This document shows, in pieces, positions 10,132 to 22,377 of a DNA stretch of 64,000 nt (within the stretch, counting starts at the first letter, position 1; each line of letters starts with the position of its first letter). Both the position numbers and the translations under genes were made by a program. Source of the stretch: an uncultured Alphaproteobacteria bacterium (GTDB taxonomy: Bacteria > Pseudomonadota > Alphaproteobacteria > Acetobacterales > Acetobacteraceae); NCBI GenBank assembly GCA_963819305.1, contig CAWFVP010000001.1, positions 748,131 through 812,130 of the forward strand, written 5' to 3'. The notes beneath the pieces were generated by a model. It was not told the DNA's origin. It saw only the letters and a program-made list of their open reading frames with translations, and made no database searches.

Positions 10132-10896
10132 GTGACCCCGCCAGGAAGGGTTTCCTCTCGACCGATTCTCATGCTCAAACCAGCCCGGACATGCTCAACC
10201 CAGGATCAAATGCGCCCCGACCAATACAGATTGGTCCGCCCAGGCCGGGGTACCTCCCTGCCCCGATACGACGACCTGCGCAGGGCGGACTGGCGCGGCC
10301 GGGTTCTGCCGGCGCTTCTCGGCTTGGCACCCTTCCTGGTGTTGCTCGGCGCCACCCATGCCGTTTCCGTTGATGCCGGCCTGTGGGGCGCCGCCATTTG
10401 CGGGCTGGTTTGTCATTTCTTACTGAAGCTGGCCGGATCGCGGCCCAGATTGCTGCAGCGCGGAACCCTGTTGATGTTCGGCGCCCTCGCCATCTTCTCC
10501 GCCTTGACCCAATGGCGATGGACCGTCCCGGGATTGAGAGTGACCATGACCACCGGCCTGCTTGCAATCATACTCGCCTCCCTCGCGGCAGGTCATCCGT
10601 TCACCATCGAGTACGCCCGCGAGCGGGTGCCGCGGGCAATGTGGTCGTCCGTGTTGTTCATGAAGGTCAATCGACACATCACCTGGGCCTGGGCGGTCGC
10701 TTTCGCCTTGCTTGCGCTCGTTTCCGGAGCCGATCTTATGATGCAGAGCGTGCCATCCTGGGTTGACGGGGCAGCGACATTGGGCGTGACGGCGGTGGCA
10801 ATCCTGTTCACCGGGTGGTACCCTGGCTGGGTGCGCCGGAACGAGGGTGGTTCTCCCACGGCGAACTTGCGCTCCCCCCAGCGGGATCTGGGCTGA
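10132..10896 (+). CDS. hypothetical integral membrane protein
   Basis: ORF with about 6 hydrophobic segments (LPALLGLAPFLVLLG, LLMFGALAIFSAL, LLAIILASLAAG, WAWAVAFALLALVSG, LGVTAVAILFTGW). Start uncertain, with candidates 10132, 10171 and 10210. Confidence 0.5.
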   Translation: MTPPGRVSSRPILMLKPARTCSTQDQMRPDQYRLVRPGRGTSLPRYDDLRRADWRGRVLPALLGLAPFLVLLGATHAVSVDAGLWGAAICGLVCHFLLKLAGSRPRLLQRGTLLMFGALAIFSALTQWRWTVPGLRVTMTTGLLAIILASLAAGHPFTIEYARERVPRAMWSSVLFMKVNRHITWAWAVAFALLALVSGADLMMQSVPSWVDGAATLGVTAVAILFTGWYPGWVRRNEGGSPTANLRSPQRDLG

Positions 10897-11079
10897 TGCA
10901 AGCCGGCTCGTGAAGCAGCATGGCGTTGGCATTGCGAAGATACTGATGTCGGAGCCGCATTGATGCTGGGGCTGGCAGGCCGCCTTCGTCGGCACCCAAG
11001 ATCGGGATCGCCCGTGGATACTGATGCAAGGGGAGCCACGCTGCCTCGGGAACAACAGGCCGCAAGCTTGCAAACGCCC

Positions 11080-13012
11080 ATGGCCGGCTGGCGCACAGCC
11101 CCGGCGTTGTTTGCCGCCGGCCTCACGCTGCTGGCTGCGCTCATTGCTGCAACCGGTTTCCTGGTATGGCGCGAGCAGGACGCCAACCGCTGGGTCCGCC
11201 ATACGATCGAAGTCGAGGCCCAACTCGCCCGCGTTCAGTCGCTCCTGCAAGAGGCGGAAAGCGCGCAGCGGGGCTATCTGTTGGTCGGCAACGACGGCTT
11301 CTTGGCGCCCTACCTGGAGGCCCGCGCCGGCTTCGATCGTGAAATCGCCGAACTCGGCCAGGTGGTGGCCGATAACCCGCAACAGAAGCAAGCGGTGGCG
11401 GAGTTGCGAAAGGTTGCGGACCAGCGGCTCGCCACTTTGCAAACAGGCATCGAGAGCCGGCGGATTGCCGGCCTTCCCGCGGCGGTCGCGGCGGTCGAAC
11501 GCGGCAACGGTCGCGCCATGATGCGCCAGACGCAGCAGTTGATTTCCGCAATGAACAGCAATGAGGAGCAGCTGCTGGCGCAACGTCAGATGGAACTCGC
11601 ACGTGTCGAGCATTGGCTGCAAGGCGCCGTTGCGGCACTGGTCCTGTTGATGCTGTTGCTATCGGCAGCAGCAGTCGGCCGCGCCCGGCGCCAGGCCCTG
11701 GCCATCGCCGAGGGAAATCAGGAGCTTCGGCAGGCGCATGACCGGCTGGTGCAGGAGGCATTGCTCCGCGAGCAACTCGAAGACCAGCTTCGCCAGGCGC
11801 AGAAGATGGAGGCGATAGGTCAGCTCACCGGCGGGCTCGCGCATGATTTCAACAACATGCTCGCGGTAATCGTCGGCAACCTGCAGTTGCTCTCGCGGCG
11901 TGTCGCCCAGGGCAGGACCGACGTCGGGCGGCTGCTGGAATCGGCGCTCGACGGCGCCAACAGGGCGGCAACACTGACCGGCCGGTTGCTGGCCTTTGCG
12001 CGCCGCCAGCCGCTGAACCCGACCCCGCTGGATGCAAACAAGTTTGTCGCCGGCATGTCCGACTTGCTGCGCCGGTCGCTGGGCGAGGAGATCCGGCTGG
12101 AGACGATCCTGGCCGGCGGCCTTTGGCGCACCCACGCCGATCCTAGCCAGCTTGAAGGCGCGCTGCTCAACCTTGCGGTGAATGCGCGAGACGCCATGCC
12201 AGATGGCGGGCGGCTCACCATCGAGACCGGCAACGCTTATCTGGACGAAGCGTATGCCGCCCGTCAGATCGACGTCCCACCGGGGCAGTACCGTCATGCT
12301 CGCGGTGTCCGATACCGGCGTCGGCATGCCGCCGGAGGTTATCGCCCGCGCCTTCGATCCATTCTTCACCACCAAGGATGTCGGCAAGGGAACCGGGCTG
12401 GGGCTGAGCCAGGTGTATGGGTTCGTCCGGCAATCCGGCGGGCATGTGAAAATCTACAGTGAGGCCGGACCCCGCACGCCGAGCCTGTCCGGTCAGGAGA
12501 CCACCGGGCATGACCGAGGAACGACGGTGAAGCTCTACCTGCCGCGCTATCTCGGCGCCGACACCGACCTGCCGTCGCAGGAGCCGAAGCGCGGCGTGCC
12601 CATGGGACGTGCCGGGGAGATCATACTGGTCGTCGAAGACGAAGAGCGGGTCCGCCAATTGACGGTCGAGTTGCTGCGGGAGCTTGGCTACACCGTGCTC
12701 CACGCCGACAGTGCGGCCGCCGGCCTGCGCGTCCTCGATTCGCATCCCGAAATCGCCATGGTCCTGACCGACGTGGTGATGCCCGACATGAATGGCCGCC
12801 GCTTTGCCGACGAGGCATCCCGCCGGCGGCCCGAAGTAAAAATCCTTTTCATGACAGGCTACACTCGAAACGCCATCGTCCATAACGGCGTGCTGGATGT
12901 CGGCGTGCAGCTGCTGTCGAAACCGTTCTCGATGGAACAGCTTGCCAACAAGGTCAGGGACGTGCTGGGCCCGTCGGGGCCCAGTTCCGATACTTCGGAT
13001 GTGCGGGCGTAA
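11080..13012 (+). pseudogene. CHASE3-type hybrid sensor histidine kinase with C-terminal receiver, one net +1 frameshift near 12292
   Basis: TM plus CHASE3-like periplasmic region, H-box GGLAHDFNNML and N-box [12 protein letters not shown] lie in frame 1. G-boxes DTGVGM and GTGLGLS and the receiver (ILVVEDE...DVVMPDMNG...SKPF) lie in frame 2. Removing one C from TAC-C-GTC restores ...[12 protein letters not shown]... Confidence 0.8.
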
Positions 13013-14036
13013 GCGGCAGACTCACCTGCTCGCCGGTCTCCGCCGAATGGTATAGCGCCGTCGCCAGTTCCAGCGCTACACGCGCATCGCTCAGTGTCAC
13101 CGGCAATGCCGACCCCGCAACTAATGCATCGTGATACCGGCGGAGTTGTTCATTGAACCTGGCCTCGACGTGGTGCCAGTCCGCAAGAGCGGCGGCGATG
13201 CGCGTCTCGGCTTCCGGCGAGGTGGCGGTGATGGTCCAGGGGTCGTTGCCGGGCGCATAGGGCTCCAGGCAGCTTTCGAACGTCACGTGCTCGAAGCACA
13301 GCCGCAGCCGGCTGATCTCGGACGCAGATCCAAGCGTCGCCGCCAGCGAGACCAGGGCTCCGCTGGTCATCTCCAGGCTGGCGACGGCGCAATCCTCGAC
13401 CTCGATGGCATTGACCCGCGTGGCGATGCGGCCAAACACCTTTGCCACCGGCCCCATCAGGTAGGTCAGCATGTCATGCAGATGGATGGCATGCGTCACC
13501 AGCACGCCACCCAGTTCGGTCTCCCAACGCCCGCGCCAAGGCACCGCGTAGTAATCGGCGTTGCGGGTCCAGGCGGTTTCGACGGTGCCGAGATAGGGCT
13601 TGCCCGTCAGGCCGAGATCGACGATGCGGCGGGCTTTCTGGATGCCGTCGCCGTAGCGGTACTGGAAGATCGGCATAACCCGGCCGGTGGCCTTCTTCTC
13701 CGCCTCGATCAAGGCGTCGACCTCGGCGACCGATCCGGCTAAGGGCTTTTCGCAGATGACGTCCTTGCCCGCCGCCAGGGCGGCGAGTGTCTGCGGAAAA
13801 TGCAGCCGCGGCGGTGTGCAGATATCGACGACGTCGATTTCCGGCATCGCCAACACCTCATCGAACGACCTGGTGCGCCGGGGTATCGAAAATTCGCCGC
13901 CCACCTTCTCCAGCCGCTCGGGGTCGAGGTCGCAAAGGGCGAGCACGCGGAACCGGTCGGTCAGCTTCGAGTAGCCTTCCAGCAGATGGGCGCGACCGAT
14001 GCCGCAGCCGATGACGGCAACATTCCTGATGGCCAT
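12954..14036 (-). CDS. Gfo/Idh/MocA-family oxidoreductase
   Basis: 360 aa from ATG 14036. Rossmann N-terminus [12 protein letters not shown] and the EKPL motif (VICEKPLAG). Confidence 0.85.
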   Translation of the reverse strand: MAIRNVAVIGCGIGRAHLLEGYSKLTDRFRVLALCDLDPERLEKVGGEFSIPRRTRSFDEVLAMPEIDVVDICTPPRLHFPQTLAALAAGKDVICEKPLAGSVAEVDALIEAEKKATGRVMPIFQYRYGDGIQKARRIVDLGLTGKPYLGTVETAWTRNADYYAVPWRGRWETELGGVLVTHAIHLHDMLTYLMGPVAKVFGRIATRVNAIEVEDCAVASLEMTSGALVSLAATLGSASEISRLRLCFEHVTFESCLEPYAPGNDPWTITATSPEAETRIAAALADWHHVEARFNEQLRRYHDALVAGSALPVTLSDARVALELATALYHSAETGEQVSLPLTPAHPKYRNWAPTGPARP

Positions 14037-14040
14037 CTGC

Positions 14041-15387
14041 CTACGCCGCCTCGGCGCGGATCGCGTCGGCAACGGCGCCGAAGATGCGGTCGATATGCGG
14101 CCGCTCGACGATCAGCGGCGGCGATAGCGCGATGATGTCGCCGGTGGTGCGGATCAGCACGCCGTCATCGAAGCAGCGATGGAACACCGCCATCGCGCGC
14201 TCGGTCGGCTTGCCGGCGCGCGGCTGCAACTCGATGCCCGCGACCAGGCCCATGTTGCGGATGTCGATGACGTTCGGCAGACCCTTCAGCTGATGCGCCG
14301 CGTCCTCGAAATAGCCCTCCATCGCCCGCGCCCGGCCCGGGCAGGTCTTCGCTGCGGTGCAGGTCCACCGCCGCGATCGCGGCCGCCGAGGCCAGCGGGT
14401 GGCCGGAATAGGTGTAGCCGTGGAACAGCTCGATCCCCGCCGGCGCCGCCGTCGACGATCGTCGCGGTAGATGTCGTTCCCGCACCGCCACCGCGCCCAT
14501 CGGCACCGCGGCATTGGTCAGTCCCTTGGCCATGGTCAGCATGTCGGGCGTGACCCCCAGCGCGCTCCGCGCCGAAATTGCGCGCCGATCCGGCCGAAAC
14601 CGGTGATCACCTCGTCGAAGATCAGCAGGATGCCGTGCTTGTCGCACAGCTCCGTAGACGCTCGAGATAGCCCTTCGGGCGGAATCAGCACGCCGGTGGA
14701 ACCGGCCACCGGCTCGACCATCACCGCGGCGATGGTGTCGCCGTGCAGTGCCACCAGGTTGTCGAGCGCGTCGGCGAGGTGGGCGCCCCATTCCGGCTGC
14801 ACCACGGCTGAACGCATTGTGCTCCGGTGCATGGGTGTGCGGCAGGTGGTCCACATAGGGCAGCATGCGATCCGAACTGACGCGCGGTTGGCGCCGATGC
14901 CGCCCACCGACATTCCGCCGAAGCCGACGCCGTGGTAGCCGCGCTCACGCCCGACCAGGCGGACCCGCTGCGCCTGCCCGCGGGCCCGCTGGTAGGCCAG
15001 CGCGATCTTGAGCGCCGTGTCGGCACTCTCCGATCCGGAGTTGGTGAAGAATACCCGATCCATGCCTTCCGGCGTCATCTAGGCTACCTTGGACGCGGCC
15101 TGGAACGCGATCGGATGCCCCATGTTGAAGGTCGGCGCAAAATCCATCACCGCCGCCTGCTTCTGGATCGCCTCGGTGATCTCGCGCCGCCCGTGGCCGG
15201 CGTTCACGCACCACAAGCCGGCCGTGCCGTCGATCACCTCGCGCCCATCTTCGGTGAAATAGTGCATACCCTCCGCCCGGGCGAGCATCCGCGGCGTCTT
15301 CTTAAAGCCACGGTTGGACGAGAACGGCATCCAGAAGGCATCGAGGTCGTTCGGACGCACCGGCGGGGCTGCGGGAATCTCGTTCAT
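14041..15387 (-). pseudogene. class-III aminotransferase (omega-amino acid / beta-alanine:pyruvate transaminase type), heavily disrupted
   Basis: Collinear fragments cycle through all three frames. There are nine net +1 shifts, at about 14883, 14867, 14801, 14574, 14555, 14479, 14460, 14447 and 14335. An in-frame TAG sits at 15079..15081 (...KVA*MTPEG...). Conserved blocks: FFTNSGSES, LLIFDEVITGFGR, MAKGLTN, FHGYTYSGHP. Confidence 0.85.
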
Positions 15388-15485
15388 GGACTGGCTCCAA
15401 GCTTGCGGCCGGCAGGTTCGCGCGTCGGGCATTTCAGGGCAAGCCGCCCGCGTGCCATGCTCGCCGGGCAAAACGGAGGAAACAC

Positions 15486-16145
15486 ATGTCGGACGGACGC
15501 CTCTATATCGGCACGCGCCGCTATTCGTCGTGGTCGTTGCGCGGATGGCTGCCGGTGCGTCTGGCGAAGCTCGACGTGGAGGACGTGGTCATTCCGCTGG
15601 CCGGCGGCTCGACGCCGGCGGTGAAGGCCGTCAGCCCCGGCGGTACAGTGCCGTATCTGGAGCACCGTGGCGTCAATATCTGGGAGTCGCTGGCAATCTG
15701 CGAATACTGCGCCGAGATCGCACCCGAAATGTGGCCCTCCGAAGCGATGGCGCGCGGCCACGCGCGGGCGATCGCCTGCGAGATGCATGCCGGCTTCCGC
15801 GAGTTGCGCATGGCCATGCCGATGAGCCTGTTCCGGTCCGCGGTCGGCGCCGGGCGGACGCCCGGGGCATTGGCCGACATCGCACGGATCGACGCGTTGT
15901 GGACCGAGACCCTCACCCGCTTCGGCGCTGGCGGGCCTTACCTGTTCGGTGCTGCATTCACGAATGCCGACGTCATGTACGCCCCGGTGGTGGCACGCTT
16001 CCTCACCTATCGCCCGGAGCTTTCGCCGGCAGCCCGCGATTATTGCGCGGCGGTGCGCGCGCATCCGCTTGTCGATGCGTGGTATGACGCCGCCGCGCAG
16101 GAGCCCGAGGCTTGGCGTATCGCCAAATATGAGATGCCGGCTTGA
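15486..16145 (+). CDS. glutathione S-transferase family protein
   Basis: 219-aa ORF. Thioredoxin-like N-terminal domain (YSSWSLRGWL..., VPYLEH...IWESLAICEY) followed by an alpha-helical C-terminal domain. Confidence 0.8.
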   Translation: MSDGRLYIGTRRYSSWSLRGWLPVRLAKLDVEDVVIPLAGGSTPAVKAVSPGGTVPYLEHRGVNIWESLAICEYCAEIAPEMWPSEAMARGHARAIACEMHAGFRELRMAMPMSLFRSAVGAGRTPGALADIARIDALWTETLTRFGAGGPYLFGAAFTNADVMYAPVVARFLTYRPELSPAARDYCAAVRAHPLVDAWYDAAAQEPEAWRIAKYEMPA

Positions 16146-16993
16146 GGACTGCCGACGCGGCGAAGGCGCAGGGAGTCGATCATGTCGGCGTTGTCACCGC
16201 CGACCTGAAATCTGGCGCGGCAGCCTGGCGACGCCTGGGATTCAGCGTCACCGCACTCGCGCGCCACGGCAACAACGCAGCCGACGGCCGCATCGTGCCG
16301 ACCGGCACCGGCAACCATTGTGTCATGCTCCGCCAGGGCTACGTCGAATTGATCGGCATGGTCGACCCGAATGCGGCCAGTGCGACGCTGGCCCGCTTCC
16401 TGCGCGCCTATACCGGCATCCACGTGCTGACCTTCGCCGTTGCCGATGCCGCGGCGGCACAGACACGGCTGCGGCTCGCCGGGCTGGAGGCCGACCTGAT
16501 TGTATCGGCCCGGCCGGCTGACCCCGCCGACCCCGCTGGCCCCCAGGCCCGCTTCGTTCGCCTGCCGCTGACCGATGCCGATCCACGCCTGCAATTGTTG
16601 CAGCATTCGACACCCGAGCTGGTCTGGCAGGAGAGGTTCCTGACCCACCCGAATCATGCTGTCGCCCTGGAGGCGGTGATTGTCGCCGCCGCGGACCCCG
16701 CGGGATTCGCCGCCCGTGTTTCGAGGGCGGCAGGTGTCGCGATGGTGCCTGATCCGCTCGGCGGATTCGCACTTCGGCTGGCACAGGGTGAAGTCCGCAT
16801 TTTGCCGGAAGCGGCGCTGACGCGGGTGTTTCCCGGGACAGCCGCACCAGCGCTGCCGTTCATCGCCGGCATGATCCTGCGCACCGACGACGGCAACGCG
16901 GCCGCGGCGCGACTGCTGGCCGGCGTCGCGAGGCCGGCGCCAGGCGGATTGGCAGCCGAGATCGGCGGCGTGGCAATCCTGTTCGCTGCCTGA
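16142..16993 (+). CDS. VOC/glyoxalase-like domain protein
   Basis: 283-aa ORF with a TTG start overlapping the GST stop. N-terminal VDHVGVVTADL...GF pattern of VOC domains. Assignment is moderate. Confidence 0.6.
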   Translation: MRTADAAKAQGVDHVGVVTADLKSGAAAWRRLGFSVTALARHGNNAADGRIVPTGTGNHCVMLRQGYVELIGMVDPNAASATLARFLRAYTGIHVLTFAVADAAAAQTRLRLAGLEADLIVSARPADPADPAGPQARFVRLPLTDADPRLQLLQHSTPELVWQERFLTHPNHAVALEAVIVAAADPAGFAARVSRAAGVAMVPDPLGGFALRLAQGEVRILPEAALTRVFPGTAAPALPFIAGMILRTDDGNAAAARLLAGVARPAPGGLAAEIGGVAILFAA

Positions 16994-17079
16994 CATTCGG
17001 GCGCTGATTGTGAGCCGCGTCACTGCGCAATTTCGCTCGGCCGCTCACGGTCCGCCTACAGCAGGAAGGGAGCCGAGCG

Positions 17080-17562
17080 ATGTTGGACAGTCTCAAAACA
17101 GTCGTCCGTCGCAGCGCGGTGATCACTCCCGCAGGCCGGGGTCCCTCCATTCGAGCCTTCGGCGTCGAATCGGTGCGCATGATCATCCCCGCCGAAAGCG
17201 TCGGCGGGGCCTACGGGGTGTGGGAAATGACCGCGCAACCCGGTTTCAGCCCGCCTCGCCATCTGCACCACCGTGAGGACGAGGTGATCCGGGTAATGAC
17301 CGGGCGGCTGCAGGTCTGGTGCGGCGGCGCCACCTTCGAGGTGGGACCGGGCGACACGGCTGCCCTGCCGCTCGGTGTGGTGCACAGCTTCCGGGTGATC
17401 AGCGCGACGTCGGCACGGATGGTGATGACCTGCGTGCCGGGCGGGTTCGAGGGCTTTTTCGCCGCCACCTCGGGAATGATCCTGCCCGACGACATGGATG
17501 GGATCCTCGACATCAGCCATGACTATGGGCTGGAGTATGTCGGTCCGCCGCTGACATGCTGA
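17080..17562 (+). CDS. cupin domain protein
   Basis: 160-aa ORF with cupin motifs PPRHLHHREDEV and GDTAALPLGVVHSF. Confidence 0.7.
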   Translation: MLDSLKTVVRRSAVITPAGRGPSIRAFGVESVRMIIPAESVGGAYGVWEMTAQPGFSPPRHLHHREDEVIRVMTGRLQVWCGGATFEVGPGDTAALPLGVVHSFRVISATSARMVMTCVPGGFEGFFAATSGMILPDDMDGILDISHDYGLEYVGPPLTC

Positions 17563-19193
17563 CCCGGCACAATTCCTCGGGGGTCGCAGCAATCCGCCTT
17601 GCCTGAAGTGCCGCCGAAAAGCCCGAGTTCGCGGTCAGCACGCAAAATGGGATGGCAACCAGCAAACCGCCGGCAAATGGTAGCGCCCATAGCGCGGCCA
17701 ACCAGGACGAATACGCCAGGGCGGTGAATACGGCGAAGCCGAACAGCGTGTGCGGCCAGAACATCCGCGCCGCTTCGGCCCAGCCGACGCCGCGGGCGGA
17801 GCGATTCTGCCCCAGCCACCCGCCGCGCCGGCCACGCAGGACCCGTAGCAGTGCCAGCGTCTTGCTCGGCTGAGAGATCGCATCCAGCAGCAGGGTGAAG
17901 ACGAACTCCGCGACGGCACCGGCTGCGAACGCCGCGCCGCCGCCGTAGCGAGCGCGCCTTTGCGCAGAGACCAGTATTTCCAGGTAGCCGAGCAACTTGG
18001 GCGCGTACAGCACCAAGATCCAGATCAAGGTCAGAGCCAACATGCGGCCGCGCGGGAAATCCACTCCACCGCCATCGAGCGCGCTGATCGCGGTCAACAG
18101 CAGCATCGCCGGATACAGCGGCGCGCAGGCAAACAGCAGGATCGCCTGCAGCAGTTGCCAGCGGCCCATCGGACGGAATCCGGGCGCCCCCAGCAGATGC
18201 CGGTACTGCAGGTTCCCGGCCAGCCAGCGCGCATCGCGGTCCAGGAACTCCGGCAAAGCCGGTGGGTTCGCCTCCAGCGAACCGTCCTCTCCGGCCCAGA
18301 CGCAGACTCCCCAGCCGGCCGCCCGCAGTTGCGCCGCCTCCACCTGGTCGTGCGAAAGGATCGCACTGCCGTCGGGCAACGCCTGCAACCGCGCATGGTC
18401 CCGGAAAGCGGTGATCCGCAGGATGGCGTTGTGGCCCCAGTAAGGCCCTTCGTCGCCCTGCCACCAGGCCTGCCCGGTCGCCCACACCCGCATGCCGGCG
18501 CGCATGCCGAATTGGAACATGCGCGGAAATGCCGAGGCCGCCGGCGCTCCGACCGTCAGGTGCTGAACGATCCCAAGCTCCGGAGCCTCCTGCATGATGC
18601 GGACCAGGCGCAGCACTGCCGCCGGCGACATTTCCGAATCGGCGTCCAGCATCACCGCGAACTCGAAACCTTCGGCATGGCGGTCGAGAAAATCCATGAC
18701 GTTCCCGGCCTTGAACCCGCGATTGTCGCGGCCGGCGTCGATAGCTTACCGGCGTTCCGGCGAGCGCCGCCTCTTCCAGCTGGGCCAGCGCCGGGTCTTG
18801 GGTGTCCGACAGGATCCACATGGCGAAGCGGTCGCCGTGCGCGGCCAAGCCTTCGTGCAGACGCAGCAGCGGCGGCAGGACCATCTGCATCGGCTCGTTG
18901 CGGATGGTCACGGCGATGGCCGTCCGGCTGGTGATGGCGCCTGCATCCGGCTTCACCGGCACCGGCATCACCGCACGCCGCGGATCGCGGGACAGCAGCA
19001 GGATGGCAAAACCTGGCAGCGCATTGCCCATGCACAGCCCCAGCCAAGGCGCCACGCCTATGAAGCAGGCGAATATCAGGAGCTTCGGCGCTGTCCAGCC
19101 GCCCGGCGCCAGCACCGACCACAGCAGCGCGGTCATTCCGACCGCGGTCAGCAGCAGGATCGCGCACAGCACCGCCCGACGCATGGCCATCAA
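17513..19193 (-). pseudogene. opgH: glucans biosynthesis glucosyltransferase H (OpgH/MdoH, GT2), one net +1 frameshift near 18731
   Basis: N-terminal TM region through ...VSYRRR is in one frame. RDNRGFKAGNVMDFL...DADS...QAWWQGDEGPYWGHNAILR... plus the C-terminal TMs are in another. Confidence 0.85.
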
Positions 19194-19246
19194 AGGCCCT
19201 CGCCTTGGGAATCGCCATCGGGTGGCCTACAAGAAGCGCCCTTCAC

Positions 19247-20230
<984 letters not shown>

Positions 20231-20235
20231 GCGTG

Positions 20236-21433
20236 ATGCCGCCGCTCGCAGCGATCGTGCTGCCGCCCAGGGAGGATTTTTCCCCCGGCGCCACCGGCGC
20301 GCTGGGCTTGCTGGTGCACCGGTTGGCGGCTTCACCGGGAGATTTTGCGCAAGTGGTGCTCGGCGTGGCCCAAAACGCCCCGTTTCCGGACGTTAGGTTC
20401 CAGCCGGTGCGCCCTTCCTGGTGGCCGGGAAGCTTCAACCGCCGTTATGCGGGCGGCGCCGCGCGAATCCTGCGCCGGCTTCAGCCAGCGGTGATCGAGG
20501 TCCATAACCGGCCCGATCTGGCCCTGTTCCTTGCCGCGAAACTCCCCCACACCCCTGTCGCCCTGTTCCTGAACAACGACCCGCAGGGGATGCGCCGGGC
20601 GCGCTCGCCGGCCGAGCGAGGGCATGTGTTGCAGCGCCTCGCGCTCGTCGCGACCTGCTCGGCCTTCCTCGCCCGGCGGATGATTGAATGGGGTCACAGC
20701 GCCGCCCCGCCAGCCGGTTGTCGTGCCGAACTGGCTTGATCTGCGCGAAGTGCCGCATTCGCCTGCGGATCGCGAGCCGGTCATCCTGTTCGCCGGACGG
20801 GTAGTGCGCGACAAGGGCGCCGACAGTTTCGTGCAGGCCTGCGCCATGGCCCTGCCGCGGCTGCCCGGCTGGCGTGCGGAGATGATCGGCGCCGACCGGT
20901 TCGGACCGGATAGCCCCGAGACCGAGTTCCTGCGTCAGCTACGGCCTCAGGCTGCCGCCGCCGGCGTCACCATGCACGGCTACCGTCCCCATCCCCAGGT
21001 GATGCAGGCGATGGCGCGCGCGGCGGTCGTGGTGGTGCCAAGCCGCTGGCAGGAGCCATTCGGCCTGACGGCGCTGGAAGCGATCGCTACGGGTGCGGCA
21101 CTGCTCTGCGCTCCACGCGGGGGTCTGCCGGAGGTTTTCGGCGAGGCTGGGGTGGCGATCGACCCGGACGATCCTGAAAACATGGCGGAAGCGATGGTTG
21201 CGCTGGCTAACGACCCGGCGCGCCGGGCGGCGCTGGCTGAAAAAGGCCGCTCCCGGGCCCGCCAGTTTGACGCGCCGGTGGCGGCGGCGGCGATCGGGGC
21301 GCTCCGCCGTCGGGTGATCGCGCGATTGGTCGCGCGCGGCAGAGCACCCTATATAACCGCCCTGCAAGAACGCCTTCTGCTGGAGAAAACACCATGGCCG
21401 ACGCGGCTCCCCCCTCCGAGCAGGTCCCCGTGA
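20236..21433 (+). pseudogene. GT4/GT1-family glycosyltransferase, one net +1 frameshift near 20688
   Basis: N-terminal domain 20236..~20688 is in one frame and the C-terminal domain is in the next (ILFAGRVVRDKG..., PSRWQEPFGLTALEAIATG EX7E-type block). The 3' end overlaps the next gene by 40 nt. Confidence 0.75.
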
Positions 21434-22374
21434 CCGTGCTGACCGGCTATCTCGGCGCCGGCAAGACCACCCTGCTGAACCGCATCCTCAGCGAGAATCA
21501 CGGACGCAAATACGCCGTGGTCATCAACGAATTCGGCGAGCTCGGCGTCGACAACGACCTGGTCGTGGACAGCGACGAGGAAGTGTTCGAGATGAACAAC
21601 GGCTGCATCTGCTGCACCGTGCGCGGCGACCTGATCCGCATCGTCGGCGGGCTGATGAAGCGTCGCGACAAGTTCGACGGCATCATCATCGAGACCACCG
21701 GCCTCGCCAACCCGGCCCCGGTGGCGCAGACCTTCTTCGTCGACGAGACTGTGCGGGCGAAGACCCGACTGGACGCCATCGTCACCGTGGTCGACGCAAA
21801 GCACCTGCCGAACCGGCTGGAGGACAGCCACGAGGCCGAGGATCAGATCGCCTTCGCCGACGTCATCGTGCTGAACAAGGTCGATCTGGTCAGCCCCGCC
21901 GAGCTTGAAGCGGTTGAGGCGCAGATCCGGAAAATCAACAAATTCGCGAAAATACATCGCAGCACCAAGGCCGATGTGCCGATTGCCGAATTGATGGACC
22001 AGGGCGCGTTCGACCTGCAGCGGGTGCTGGCGCATTCGCCGGATTTCCTGACCGACGACGAGCACGAGCATAACGACGACATCGCGAGCATGAGCTTCGA
22101 GGTGGAGACGCCGATCGACCCCGAACGGTTCAACGCCTGGATCGGCGCGCTGCTGGCCGAGCAGGGACAGAACCTGCTGCGCACCAAGGGCATCCTGTCC
22201 TATGCCGGCGAGGACCGGCGCTTCGCCTTCCAGGCGGTGCACATGATCGCCGACGGCGACTTCATCGGTCCTTGGAAGGTCGGCGAACCACGGAACAGCC
22301 GGATCGTCTTCATCGGCCGCAACCTGAACCGCCCGCAACTGCGTCGCGGCTTCGAGTCCTGCCAGGCCGCCTGA
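21394..22374 (+). CDS. COG0523/CobW-family G3E GTPase (putative metallochaperone)
   Basis: Walker A GYLGAGKTTLLN, CxCC metal motif GCICCTVRGD, and a His/Asp-rich stretch DDEHEHNDD. Confidence 0.9.
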   Translation: MADAAPPSEQVPVTVLTGYLGAGKTTLLNRILSENHGRKYAVVINEFGELGVDNDLVVDSDEEVFEMNNGCICCTVRGDLIRIVGGLMKRRDKFDGIIIETTGLANPAPVAQTFFVDETVRAKTRLDAIVTVVDAKHLPNRLEDSHEAEDQIAFADVIVLNKVDLVSPAELEAVEAQIRKINKFAKIHRSTKADVPIAELMDQGAFDLQRVLAHSPDFLTDDEHEHNDDIASMSFEVETPIDPERFNAWIGALLAEQGQNLLRTKGILSYAGEDRRFAFQAVHMIADGDFIGPWKVGEPRNSRIVFIGRNLNRPQLRRGFESCQAA

Positions 22375-22377
22375 TCG

